Below are positions 63,901 through 64,000 of a DNA stretch of 64,000 nt, piece after piece. How positions within the stretch are numbered: position 1 is the stretch's first letter; the number at the start of each line of letters is the position of its first letter. Both the position numbers and the translations under genes were made by a program. The notes beneath the pieces were generated by a model. The model worked only from the letters and a program-made list of their open reading frames with translations. It searched no databases and was not told where the DNA came from. The DNA is from an uncultured Verrucomicrobiota bacterium (GTDB taxonomy: Bacteria; Verrucomicrobiota; Verrucomicrobiia; Limisphaerales; UBA9464), in contig CAIJLV010000103.1 of NCBI GenBank assembly GCA_903821635.1, positions 13,231 through 77,230 on the forward strand, given 5' to 3'.

Positions 63901-64000
63901 CGCCGGCGCCAACGAGGGACGCCCGCAATCCTAGATAGCGGAGGCTCATCAACGCCTTTGGGTCGATGAACTTCGTCGCGGGGTTGGGGTTGGGGGCGGT
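63900..64000 (-). pseudogene. Diverged partial duplicate of the DUF58 gene 5-prime end, running off the window
   Basis: It aligns without gaps to 63001-63101 at an offset of 899 bp, with 47/51 identity over 63950-64000. It translates to TAPNPNPATKFIDPKALMSLRYLGLRASLVGAG, compared with TASTTNPATKFIDPKALMNIRNLELRARAVVEG in the intact gene. Confidence 0.5.

Noticed and set aside
63101-63952. 283-aa minus-strand ORF, open to the window edge. It reads from the duplicated DUF58 start through the whole DUF559/repeat region and ends in an ATGA overlap with the DUF58 start codon.
   Set aside because: Beyond the first 40 or so codons it is antisense to the DUF559 gene and runs through hairpin repeats (SPGERVGVRSG, PSPQPSPPGRGR). 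It is junk translation. The ATGA overlap follows simply from the Met-Thr (ATG ACC) start of DUF58.

Overview
This is a high-GC, densely coding chromosomal window. It looks like the PVC superphylum, probably Verrucomicrobiota: it carries an H-X9-DG prepilin, a PSCyt/DUF1549/DUF1553 gene with a DUF1501 partner, a DUF1592-family protein and many Ig-repeat surface proteins. All family calls come from motif recognition by eye; no HMM or BLAST search was possible. Housekeeping genes are clear: rho, gatB, metK, ahcY, fabF, ggt, ygiQ, tRNA-Arg(TCG) and tRNA-Leu(CAG). The rest is transporters, enzymes, a 1527-aa multi-PAS hybrid histidine kinase and three Ig-repeat secreted proteins. Four loci deserve a second look. 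(1) 51949-63104 is a minus-strand MoxR/Bat-like envelope operon running DUF58, BatA_N+VWA, a giant DUF4175-like coiled-coil protein, a VWA/GATase1-like membrane protein, and finally a membrane-anchored legumain (C13)-like protein with Ser where I expect the catalytic Cys. (2) 63105-64000 holds a DUF559 endonuclease-like gene bracketed by inverted GC-rich hairpin repeat units and a 203-bp MITE-like element. It sits between the DUF58 start and a diverged about 100-bp duplicate of that start, and a third copy of the repeat core lies inside the operon at 55564-55700. (3) A PSCyt1-DUF1549-discoidin-DUF1553 gene is split by a one-base frame break in a G4/C4 run at 50754-50757. (4) Several structured or repeated intergenic motifs occur upstream of metK, upstream of fabF, at 27300-27391, and as a hairpin abutting the start codon at 51267. 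No CRISPR array, rRNA or clear prophage was seen.
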